Origin: an uncultured Gemmatimonadaceae bacterium
Lineage (GTDB): Bacteria > Gemmatimonadota > Gemmatimonadetes > Gemmatimonadales > Gemmatimonadaceae
Length of the DNA stretch: 64,000 nt
Reading direction: 5' to 3'
NCBI GenBank assembly: GCA_963761305.1
Contig: CAVXGK010000002.1
Coordinates: 416,001-480,000 of the forward strand
Part shown: positions 1 to 9,076 of the stretch, piece by piece
How positions within the stretch are numbered: position 1 is the first letter of the stretch
Layout of the letters: every line of letters begins with the position of its first letter
The notes under the pieces: model-generated
Database searches by the model: none
Seen by the model: the letters and a program-made list of their open reading frames with translations, nothing else
Told to the model about the DNA's origin: nothing
Translations under genes and position numbers: made by a program

Positions 1-714
1 ATCATCGTCGTGCTGACCCAGGGATTGACGGCCAACCTCGACAAACTCTCGCTGCTGCATCCGCCGTTCCTGCTCGGCCTCATCACGGGCGGCGCGATCA
101 TCTACTGGTTCACCGGCGCATCGATTCAGGCGGTGACGACGGGCGCCTATCGCGCGGTGGAGTTCATCAAGGCGAACATGAACCTCGAGTCGACCGAAAA
201 GGCGTCGGTGGCCGACTCGAAGAAGGTCGTCGAGATCTGCACGAAGTACGCGCAGGCCGGCATGTTCAACATCTTCCTGACCGTGTTCTTCGCCACGCTC
301 GCGTTCGCGTTCTACGAGCCGTACTTCTTCATCGGCTACCTGATTTCGATCGCGTTGTTCGGTCTGTACCAGGCCATCTTCATGGCCAACGCCGGCGGCG
401 CCTGGGACAACGCGAAGAAGATCGTCGAGGTGGAGCTGAAGCAGAAAGGCACGCCGCTCCACGCGGCGACGGTGGTCGGCGACACGGTCGGCGATCCGTT
501 CAAGGACACGTCGTCGGTGGCGCTCAATCCGATCATCAAGTTCACCACGCTGTTCGGGTTGCTGGCGGTCGAGCTGGCGGTGTCGCTCACCGAGCAGCGC
601 GGGCCCGGGTTGAGCCACATACTCGCGGCCGTGTTCTTCGTCATCTCGGCGGCGTTCGTGTACCGGTCGTTCTACGGGATGCGCATCGAAAGCGGCGCTC
701 CGGTCGCGCGCTAG
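1..714 (+). CDS. hppA: Membrane-bound H+/Na+-translocating pyrophosphatase, C-terminal part (5' end outside window)
   Basis: Family motifs NAGGAWDNAKK and VVGDTVGDPFKDTSS; hydrophobic helices; frame open from position 1. Confidence 0.95.
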   Translation: MIVVLTQGLTANLDKLSLLHPPFLLGLITGGAIIYWFTGASIQAVTTGAYRAVEFIKANMNLESTEKASVADSKKVVEICTKYAQAGMFNIFLTVFFATLAFAFYEPYFFIGYLISIALFGLYQAIFMANAGGAWDNAKKIVEVELKQKGTPLHAATVVGDTVGDPFKDTSSVALNPIIKFTTLFGLLAVELAVSLTEQRGPGLSHILAAVFFVISAAFVYRSFYGMRIESGAPVAR

Positions 715-726
715 TCGAAGACAGAG

Positions 727-2241
727 ATGCCGAATCTCTTCTCGCGAAAGCCGATAGCAGAACTGGTGAGCGAGGGAGACAACCCCAACGCGCTGAAGCG
801 CGCGTTGGGGGCCGGCGATCTGATCATGTTGGCGATCGGCGCCGTCATCGGCGCCGGGATCTTTGGGTCGATCGGCTCGGCCGCGGCCGGGCAGATCGGA
901 CCGAACGGAGAGATCATTCGCGTGGGCGCGGGTCCGGCCCTCGTGCTGTCGTTCCTGCTCCTCGGCGCGTGCTGCGCGCTGGCGGGGCTCTGCTACGCCG
1001 AGTTGGCGGCGATGATCCCGCAGGCGGGGAGCGCGTACGCGTATTCGTACGCGACGCTCGGCGAGTTCGTGGCGTGGATCATCGGCTGGGATCTGATCCT
1101 CGAGTACGCCGTCGGCAACGTCGCCGTAGCGATCTCGTGGGGCGACTACTTCAAGTCGCTGGTCGGCGACTGGATTCCGATGCCCGACTGGTTGACCACG
1201 GGCTACCGCACGGCGCTCTTGAGCGCCGATCCCAAGGTGCACGGTCTTCTGGCGAGCGCGCCGCACATCGGCGGCATCCCGATTCTGATCAACGTGCCGG
1301 CGTTCGCCATCGTCATGCTCATCACGTGGCTCTTGTTGCTCGGCGTACGCGAGAGCGCCCGCGCGAACAACATCATGGTCGCGATCAAGCTCATCGTGCT
1401 GACGCTGTTCATCGTGGTGGGACTGGGACACATCACGCCGGCGAACTACCACCCGTTCGCGCCGAACGGCTTCCGCGGCATCCACCAGGGTGCGGCGATC
1501 GTGTTCTTCGCCTATATCGGCTTCGACGCCATCTCGACGGCGGCCGAGGAGACGAAGAATCCCCAGCGCAATTTGCCAATCGGCATTCTCGGTGGGTTGG
1601 CGATCTGCACGGTCATCTACATCATCATCGGCGCTGTGTTGACGGGGATGGTGCCGTCGAAGGATCTGGGAACGGCGGCCGATCCGCTCGCCTACGCGCT
1701 CAAGGCGACCGGCCTCACCAGCATCGCGAAGATCGTCTCGCTCGGCGCCGTGTTCTCGATGGCGGCCGTGCTGCTGGTATTCCAGTACGGCCAGCCGCGC
1801 ATCTTCTTCGCGATGGCGCGCGACGGCCTTCTGCCTCGCTGGGCGGCCAAGATCAGCGGCAAGTCGCATGTGCCGTATGTGACGACGATCGTCACCGGCG
1901 TGTTCGTCGCGCTCTGGTCGTTGATCGGCGACGCGGGCGAGACGTACGACCTGACGAACATCGGGACCCTGTTCGCGTTCGCGCTGGTCAGCATCGGCGT
2001 GATCGTGTTGCGCTACACCGACCCCGAACGGCATCGACCATTTCGCGTGCCGTTCGTGCACTTCGTTGGCCTGGTTGGAGCCGCCCTTTGCGTATTCGTG
2101 ATGCGGGGGTTGCCGAGCCTGGCGTGGGTCCGGTTTGGGTGGTGGCTGGTGATCGGACTCGTGTTGTACTTCGCGTACGGGTACACGCACTCCACCCTGC
2201 GGCGCGGAACCGGTCCGGTCGTTCCCGCGAGGCACGCGTAG
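727..2241 (+). CDS. APC-family amino acid permease
   Basis: IGAVIGAGIF, CYAELAAMIPQAGSAYAY and FFAYIGFDAISTAAEETKNPQR motifs; about 12 hydrophobic segments. Confidence 0.93.
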   Translation: MPNLFSRKPIAELVSEGDNPNALKRALGAGDLIMLAIGAVIGAGIFGSIGSAAAGQIGPNGEIIRVGAGPALVLSFLLLGACCALAGLCYAELAAMIPQAGSAYAYSYATLGEFVAWIIGWDLILEYAVGNVAVAISWGDYFKSLVGDWIPMPDWLTTGYRTALLSADPKVHGLLASAPHIGGIPILINVPAFAIVMLITWLLLLGVRESARANNIMVAIKLIVLTLFIVVGLGHITPANYHPFAPNGFRGIHQGAAIVFFAYIGFDAISTAAEETKNPQRNLPIGILGGLAICTVIYIIIGAVLTGMVPSKDLGTAADPLAYALKATGLTSIAKIVSLGAVFSMAAVLLVFQYGQPRIFFAMARDGLLPRWAAKISGKSHVPYVTTIVTGVFVALWSLIGDAGETYDLTNIGTLFAFALVSIGVIVLRYTDPERHRPFRVPFVHFVGLVGAALCVFVMRGLPSLAWVRFGWWLVIGLVLYFAYGYTHSTLRRGTGPVVPARHA

Positions 2242-2414
2242 AGGCGTCCTCGCACGCGGGCTACGGGGCCTTCGAGCAATGGGAAGCGCAGATGCCGCAG
2301 ATTTGAACAGCAATGCCGCAGATGCGAACGTGACAAGAGTGGCTTGATCGGCGCCGAAGAAGTCCGAGAACCGAGTCAGTAGAGCACAGCAGCTCAGAGC
2401 ACAGGGGGGCCACG

Positions 2415-3775
2415 ATGCACGACTCCACCGCACTCTCACCAACGCCGGACGCCGCGCCGAAGTCCTTCCTGCGACGCATTACGCTGTCGCAGTGGATCAT
2501 CATCTCGATGGTCGTCGGGACGTTCGTCGGCTGGCTCTTTCCCGATTCCGCGCGCGACATCCATCACGGGTGGGCCGCGTCGGACCTGAACGTCCTGTCG
2601 TCGGTCTTCCTTCGGATGATCAAGTCGCTGATCGTCCCGCTGCTGTTCGCGACGCTCGTCGTCGGCATCGCCGGACACGGCGACGACATGAAGCGCGTCG
2701 GCCGCCTCGCGTTCCGCTCGATCATCTACTTCGAGATCATCACGACGTTTGCGCTTGGCCGTCGGGCTCATCGCGGTGAACGTGATCAAGCCGGGGCGCG
2801 GCGTGGATCTCGGCGCGGCGTCGGCCAAGGAAGGCGCCGAGTTTGCGGCGACGCACACGACGCTCACGGGCGTGATCGAGCACACAGTGCCGCAGAGCTT
2901 CTTCGAGGCGGCATCGCAGAACCAGGTGCTGCAGATCGTGTTCTTCGCGATCATCTTCGCCGTGGCGCTGTCGCGCGTGCAGGGGCCGGGCAAGGCGTTC
3001 ATGCTTTCGGCGTGCGAGAGCTTGTCGCGAGGTGATGTTCAAGTTCGTCGGCATCGTGATGGGCTACGCGCCGATCGGTATCGGCGCGGCGATCGCCGTG
3101 ACCGTGTCGAAGAGCGGACTCGGCGTCCTGCGCAACCTGGGCATTCTGGTCGCCACCCTGTACGGCGCGCTGATCGTTTTCGCGCTGTTCGTACTGCTCC
3201 CGGTCGCGCTCCTCTTCCGCGTACCGCTCGGGCGGTTCGTGCGCGCCGTGCGCGAGCCGTGGCTCATCGCGTTCACGACCGCGTCGTCCGAAGCGGCGTT
3301 CCCGCTGGCGATGGAGCGGATGGAGCAGCTTGGCGTGCCGCGGCGGATCGTCGCCTTCGTGTTGCCGACGGGCTACTCGTTCAACTTGGACGGGAGCACG
3401 TTGTATCTCTCGCTGGCGTCGGTCTTCGCGGCGCAGGCGGCGGGGATCGACATGCCGATTTCGACGCAACTGGTGATGATGCTCACGCTCATGCTCACGA
3501 GCAAAGGCGTCGCCGCCGTGCCCCGGGCCGCGCTGGTGATATTGTCGGGCGCGCTATCGCAATTCGGCTTGCCCCTTCAGGCGGTCGCGGTCATTCTTGG
3601 GGTTGATGCGCTCATGGATATGGCGCGCACGTCGCTCAACGTCATCGGGAATTGCCTGGCGACGGTCGTGATGGCACGTTGGGAAGGTGATTTCGACCGT
3701 CCGGCGGAGTCGATGCCGGCGGCTGACGCGATCGCGGGCGAGACGTTACGCGTACCGCCCGTGCAACCGGTGTAG
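2415..3775 (+). CDS. Dicarboxylate/amino acid:cation symporter (DAACS, GltP-like), split by two apparent +1 frameshifts (~2756, ~3029)
   Basis: [14 protein letters not shown] (ORF 2415), [10 protein letters not shown] (ORF 2749), [19 protein letters not shown] and [13 protein letters not shown] (ORF 3032) join into one protein. Confidence 0.9.
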
Positions 3776-3843
3776 CAACGCGTTGTAGCGCCGCGCCGAT
3801 CCTGCCAAGCGCGGCGCACGACAACTCAGCGAGGGCTGACGGC

Positions 3844-4332
3844 ATGGCGATCTCCTTCAAGGTCAACGGCAAACCGGCCTCGGTCGACGTGCCCGAAGAC
3901 ATGCCCCTTTTGTGGGTGCTTCGGGACGTCCTCGATCTCAAGGGGGCGAAGTTCGGTTGCGGCGTCGGGCAGTGCGGCGCCTGTACGGTGCAAGTGAACG
4001 GCACCGCCATCCGCTCCTGTCAACGCCGGATTTCGACCGTGTCGGGCGCGGACGTCACGACGATCGAAGGGCTCTCACCGGACGGCTCGCATCCGCTGCA
4101 GCGCGCGTGGGAGGAGCTCGACGTGCCGCAGTGCGGCTACTGCCAGGCCGGCCAGCTCATGTCGGCGTCGGCCCTTCTGGCGAACAAACCGAATCCGACC
4201 GATGCCGACATCGACGCGGCGATGAACGGCAACATCTGTCGATGCGCCACGTATCTGCGCATTCGGCAAGCGATCCACCGCGCGGCCGAGATGCCCGCGG
4301 CCGTCGGATCGCGCTCCGGAGGCAACCCGTGA
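3844..4332 (+). CDS. (2Fe-2S)-binding small subunit, isoquinoline 1-oxidoreductase alpha (IorA)-like
   Basis: [16 protein letters not shown] and QCGYCQAGQ...NICRC cysteine motifs. Confidence 0.93.
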   Translation: MAISFKVNGKPASVDVPEDMPLLWVLRDVLDLKGAKFGCGVGQCGACTVQVNGTAIRSCQRRISTVSGADVTTIEGLSPDGSHPLQRAWEELDVPQCGYCQAGQLMSASALLANKPNPTDADIDAAMNGNICRCATYLRIRQAIHRAAEMPAAVGSRSGGNP

Positions 4333-4349
4333 GCCGCGAGGAGACGCCA

Positions 4350-6605
4350 ATGACAACGACGATGAATCCATCGGTCGACCGGCGGTCGTTCCTGCGTGTG
4401 ACCGCCCTCGCCGGCGGCGGCATTCTCTTCGGTGCGTATCTCAAGCTGGGCAATGCCGCCGAAGCGTTCGCGGGAACGGCGTCGGCCGTCGACGCGCTCG
4501 GCAACTTCATTCGCATCACGCCGGACGGCATCGTCACGATCATCGCCAAGAATCCAGAAATCGGACAAGGCGTGAAGACGATGCTGCCGATGATCATCGC
4601 CGACGAGCTCGACGTCGCGTGGAAGAACGTGCGGACCGAGCAGGCGATGCTCGACACGAACAAGTTCCAGGGGCAGAGCGCCGGCGGCAGCACGGCCACG
4701 CCGACGAACTGGATGCCCATGCGACAAGTCGGCGCCGCGGCGCGGGCGATGCTCGTCACGGCGGCGGCGCAGACGCTCAACGTTCCGGAGTCCGAGCTCG
4801 AGACGTCGGAGGGCGTAGTCATTCACCGCGCGAGTGGCAAGCGTGCGACATACGGCGAGTTGATCGCGAAGGCGTCGTCGCTCACGCCGCCCGACCTCGC
4901 GGCGGTGAAGCTCAAGGACCCGAAGGATTTCAAGATCATCGGGACGCGCGTGACCGGTGTGGACGTGCGGAACATCGTGACCGGCAAGCCGATGTTCGGC
5001 ATCGACGTCACGTTGCCGGGCATGCTTTACGCGAGCTACGTGAAGTGCCCGGTGTTCGCCGGCAAGGCGCTGAGCGCGAATCTCGACGAGATGAAGACGC
5101 AACCGGGGGTGAAGCACGCGTTCATCCTCGACCAAGGATCCCAGGGCGGGCTGATGGGCCTGCTGTCCGGCGTGGCGCTCGTCGGCGACAACTGGTGGCT
5201 CATTCAACAGGCGCGAAAGAAGCTCGTCGTCCAGTGGAACGAGGGTGAGACGGCGTCGCAGAGCAGCGAGGGATTTGCCGCCAAGGCCCTCGAGCTGTCG
5301 AAGCAGCCGCCGCAGCAGAATCTCCGCAAGGATGGCGACTTCGACGCGGCCATGAAGGGCGCCGCGAAAACGGTCGAAGCGGAATACTTTTATCCGTTCA
5401 TCTCGCACGCGCCGCTGGAGCCGCAGAACACGACGGCCGTTTTCAGAGATGCCAAGCTGGAGATCTGGTCGCCGACGCAACAACCGGCGGGCGGCCGCGG
5501 GCTGGTGGCCCAGACGCTCGGCCTCAAGCAAGACGACATCACGATTCACATCACGCGTTCGGGCGGCGGCTTCGGCCGGCGTCTCGCCAACGACTACATG
5601 GTCGAGGCGGCGGCGATCGCCAAACAGCTGCCCGACACTCCCGTGAAGCTGCTGTGGACGCGCGAGGACGACATCCAGCACGATCCATATCGTCCCGCCG
5701 GATTCCACTTCTTCAGCGGCGGCGTCGACGCGAACGGCGCGCTCACCGCATGGCGCGATCACTTCGTGTCGTTCGGCGAAAATGGACGCACCGCATCGAG
5801 CGCGAATCTCGGCCCGAGCGAATTTCCGGCGCGGTTCATCCCGAATTTCGTCATCGACCAGTCGCTCATGCCGCTCGGCGTGCCGACCGGCGCGTTGCGC
5901 GCCCCGGGGAGCAACGGCATCGCGTTCGCCGTGCAATCGTTCATCGACGAGTTGGCGCACGCGGCGGGGAAGGATCCGCTGCAGTTCCGGCTCGACCTCC
6001 TCGCCAACGAACAGCCTGCTCCGGCGCCCGCCGCACCGCCAGCCGGTGGAGGTCGCGGAGGCTTCCAGGCGCCGGCGTTCGACGGCAAACGCATGCGCGG
6101 CGTGCTCGAGGCGGTGCGCGACCGCTCAGGCTGGGCCAATCGCCGGTCGCTGCCCAAAGGCACCGCCATGGGCGTCGCATTCCACTTTTCTCATCGCGGC
6201 TATTTCGCCGAAGTCGTGCAGGCGACCGTCGCCAAGGACGGCGCGGTCAAAGTCGACAAGGTGTGGGTCGTCGGCGACATCGGCAGCCAAATCATCAACC
6301 CGAGCAATGCCGAGAATCAGGCGCAGGGTGCGGTGATGGACGGCATCGCCGAAGCGCTGGGCCAGGAGATCACGATCGACAAGGGTCGCACGGTGCAGAC
6401 GAACTTCCCCAACTTTCCGCTGCTGCGCCTGCGTCAGGCGCCGCCGGTGGACGTATCGTTCAAGGTCACCGAGTTTCCGCCGACAGGGCTAGGAGAACCG
6501 GCGTTGCCGCCGGTGGTGCCGGCGCTGTGCAGCGCGATCTTCGAGATCACCGGGAAGAGGGTCAGGTCGCTTCCCTTGTCGAAGATCGATCTCAAATGGA
6601 GTTGA
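4350..6605 (+). CDS. Xanthine dehydrogenase-family molybdopterin-binding subunit (IorB-like) with Tat signal
   Basis: ATG 4350 after GGAG; DRRSFLRVTALAGGG twin-arginine motif; EIGQGVKT, GGGFGRRL and PTGLGEPALPP motifs. Confidence 0.92.
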   Translation: MTTTMNPSVDRRSFLRVTALAGGGILFGAYLKLGNAAEAFAGTASAVDALGNFIRITPDGIVTIIAKNPEIGQGVKTMLPMIIADELDVAWKNVRTEQAMLDTNKFQGQSAGGSTATPTNWMPMRQVGAAARAMLVTAAAQTLNVPESELETSEGVVIHRASGKRATYGELIAKASSLTPPDLAAVKLKDPKDFKIIGTRVTGVDVRNIVTGKPMFGIDVTLPGMLYASYVKCPVFAGKALSANLDEMKTQPGVKHAFILDQGSQGGLMGLLSGVALVGDNWWLIQQARKKLVVQWNEGETASQSSEGFAAKALELSKQPPQQNLRKDGDFDAAMKGAAKTVEAEYFYPFISHAPLEPQNTTAVFRDAKLEIWSPTQQPAGGRGLVAQTLGLKQDDITIHITRSGGGFGRRLANDYMVEAAAIAKQLPDTPVKLLWTREDDIQHDPYRPAGFHFFSGGVDANGALTAWRDHFVSFGENGRTASSANLGPSEFPARFIPNFVIDQSLMPLGVPTGALRAPGSNGIAFAVQSFIDELAHAAGKDPLQFRLDLLANEQPAPAPAAPPAGGGRGGFQAPAFDGKRMRGVLEAVRDRSGWANRRSLPKGTAMGVAFHFSHRGYFAEVVQATVAKDGAVKVDKVWVVGDIGSQIINPSNAENQAQGAVMDGIAEALGQEITIDKGRTVQTNFPNFPLLRLRQAPPVDVSFKVTEFPPTGLGEPALPPVVPALCSAIFEITGKRVRSLPLSKIDLKWS

Positions 6606-6628
6606 GCCACGCTGGGGGTTCGGTCTAC

Positions 6629-7561
6629 CTACACGACCGCCGCGCCAGCGACGCGTAGCGCGGCCCGCACCGCTCCCCTCGCCGGTATCACCACCTCGGA
6701 CTTCACCTGCGCGCCGGGCACCGCCGACTTGAGGCGATGCTCGAGTCGCTTGCGCAGCGTCGATCCGCGGCCGAGCATTCCGCCCGTGAGCGCCAGCGGC
6801 AGCGACGCGCGTTCGTCGGTGAACAGCTTTCTCGCGAGTGCCCGTGCGTGGAGCACCAGCTCTTCGACAGCGAGTGTGAGCACGGCGTTCGCGCGCAGGT
6901 CGCCCGACTCCGCGATGGCGACGACGACTGGAGCGAGCGTCGCGAATTGGGCGGGCGTCGCGTCTGCCGCCCATCCGATGAGATCCATCGTCTCTTCCAG
7001 CTCGACCGCCGTGAGAATCGCGCCGGTGAGCGCGGTCTCCGGTTCGCGGCCGTCCGCGGCGGCGGCGACGACGCTCAACGCGCGCCGGCCGATCCACGCG
7101 CCACTCCCTTCGTCGCCGAAGGTCGGGCCCCACCCGCCGCAGCGCGCCGTCGTGCCGGTCGGTCCGCGGCCGAACGCCACCGAACCGGTTCCGCTGAGGA
7201 TCAGCACGCCCGGCCCGTCGCCAAACGCGTCGTCGAGCGCGATGCTGAAATCGGATTGCATCACCACCTCGGGCGCGAGGTCGCGCCCCGCGATCGCCTG
7301 CCACAACTGATGACGCTCCGTGTCGCGTCCGATGCCGGCGACGCCGATCGCCACCGCGCGCGGAGTCGTGCCCGCGAGACCGCACGACGCGAGCGCCTCG
7401 CTCACAGTGCTGGCGATCACGTCGGCTGACGCTTCGGCGCGTCCGGGGCGGACCGCGCTGGCCGGACCGACCGTTTCGCCGAGCGTTTTGCCCTGCGCAT
7501 CAGCCACGATGGCGTGCGTCTTGGAAGCGCCGCCGTCAATGCCAACGACGATGTACGTCAT
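6629..7561 (-). CDS. BadF/BadG/BcrA/BcrD ATPase-family sugar kinase (N-acetylglucosamine/MurNAc kinase-like)
   Basis: VVGIDGGASKT, LILSGTGSVAFG and GGWGPTFGDEGSGAWIG; ATG at 7561 overlaps the upstream stop (ATGA). Confidence 0.88.
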   Translation of the reverse strand: MTYIVVGIDGGASKTHAIVADAQGKTLGETVGPASAVRPGRAEASADVIASTVSEALASCGLAGTTPRAVAIGVAGIGRDTERHQLWQAIAGRDLAPEVVMQSDFSIALDDAFGDGPGVLILSGTGSVAFGRGPTGTTARCGGWGPTFGDEGSGAWIGRRALSVVAAAADGREPETALTGAILTAVELEETMDLIGWAADATPAQFATLAPVVVAIAESGDLRANAVLTLAVEELVLHARALARKLFTDERASLPLALTGGMLGRGSTLRKRLEHRLKSAVPGAQVKSEVVIPARGAVRAALRVAGAAVV

Positions 7562-9069
7562 GCCTGGTGCGGGTTGTTCGAGTGAAAGAATGAGGCGATC
7601 ATCCCGGTTCCGAACGTGATCACCGTTCCGATCAGCACGTACCACGGATACGCGATCGTCGACAACGGCTTCAGGAATCCCGACCAAGACGGTACCGCGG
7701 CGCTGATCTGCTTGGCGAACACGATGAGACTCATCAGCGCGATGCCGACGCTCATCCCGAGAATCGCGTCCGGCTGGCGTGCTCGCCGCCAGAAGATAGC
7801 GAGGAAGAACCCGCCGAGCAGGGCTCCGTACGTGAACGACGCGATGGAAAGCGCGACGACCACGACCGGCGTCTTGGTGTTCGTGGGGAAGAGCAGCGCG
7901 CCGCCGGTGAGCACGACGCCCCACGCCAGGGCGAACCATCGTGCCACGCGGAGCGTGCGCGGATCGTCCGGCGAGCGTCGGGTGATCGGCAGGTAGATGT
8001 CATGCGTCGACGCGGCGGCGAGCGAGTTGATCGCGCCGGAATGCGTGCTCATCGTCGCGGCGAGCACGGCCGCGAGCAGCAGGCCGACGAGTCCGTGCGG
8101 CATCTTGTCGACGATGAACGTCGGGAAGATCGCGTCCGGCGTCGGGAACGTTTGACCGCCGTAGAGCGCCCACAGCCCAACGCCGAGCACCAGAAAGAGC
8201 GCGAACTGCACGATCACCGCGAAGCCGCTCCCGATCACGGCGGCTTGGGCGCCGCGGAGCGATTTCGCCGACAGCAGGCGCTGCACGATCAACTGGTCGG
8301 CGCCGTGTGACGCCATCGAGAGAAACGCGCCGCCGAGCAGGCCGGCGTACACCGTGTGCGGTTGGTCGAATCCCGTGTACCAACTGATGGCCTTGAGCTT
8401 TCCCGCTGCCGCCGCCGCCGGAAGAATCGCCGGCCAGCCGCCCGGCACGAGATGGCCGATCAACACGATCGCCGATGCGCCGCCCAACACGTACACCGAC
8501 GCCTGGACGATCTCCGTCCATACGACGGCGCGCATGCCGCCCCGGATCGTGTAGATGATGGTGAGCGTTCCGAGAACGAGGACCGCCACGGGCATCACGG
8601 CTTTCGCCGGCAGCAAGGGCCCGATGATGAGCGCGATCGGCACTGCGGTCGCGAACACGCGCACCGAGTCGGCCATGCCCCGCGTGACCATGAACACGAT
8701 CGACGCGAGCCGCCGCGTGGCGAGACCGAAGCGCTGCTCGAGCAACGCGTACGCGGTGACGAGGTTTCCCTCGTAGTAGCGCGGCAGCAACGTGTACGCG
8801 ACGACGATTCGTCCCAGCAGATAGCCGACCGCGATCTCGAGGAATCCGAGGTTGGTCGTGTAGGCGAGACCGGGGATGCTGATGAACGTGAGGGCGCTCG
8901 TCTCGCTGGCGACGATCGAGAACATCACGGCCCACCAGGGGATCTCGCGATCGGCGACGAAGTAGTCCTTCGCGTCCTTTTGACGGCGCCCGACCCAGAT
9001 GCCGAGCAGCGTCACGCCGAGGAGGTACGCGGCGATGACGACGAAGTCGAGCGCGTTCAGGCCGCGCAC
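7558..9069 (-). CDS. Sodium:solute symporter (SSS) family transporter
   Basis: DYFVADREIPWW, ETSALTFISIPG, GGMRAVVWT and ADQLIVQRLLSA motifs. Confidence 0.92.
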   Translation of the reverse strand: MRGLNALDFVVIAAYLLGVTLLGIWVGRRQKDAKDYFVADREIPWWAVMFSIVASETSALTFISIPGLAYTTNLGFLEIAVGYLLGRIVVAYTLLPRYYEGNLVTAYALLEQRFGLATRRLASIVFMVTRGMADSVRVFATAVPIALIIGPLLPAKAVMPVAVLVLGTLTIIYTIRGGMRAVVWTEIVQASVYVLGGASAIVLIGHLVPGGWPAILPAAAAAGKLKAISWYTGFDQPHTVYAGLLGGAFLSMASHGADQLIVQRLLSAKSLRGAQAAVIGSGFAVIVQFALFLVLGVGLWALYGGQTFPTPDAIFPTFIVDKMPHGLVGLLLAAVLAATMSTHSGAINSLAAASTHDIYLPITRRSPDDPRTLRVARWFALAWGVVLTGGALLFPTNTKTPVVVVALSIASFTYGALLGGFFLAIFWRRARQPDAILGMSVGIALMSLIVFAKQISAAVPSWSGFLKPLSTIAYPWYVLIGTVITFGTGMIASFFHSNNPHQA

Positions 9070-9076
9070 GTGCTAC

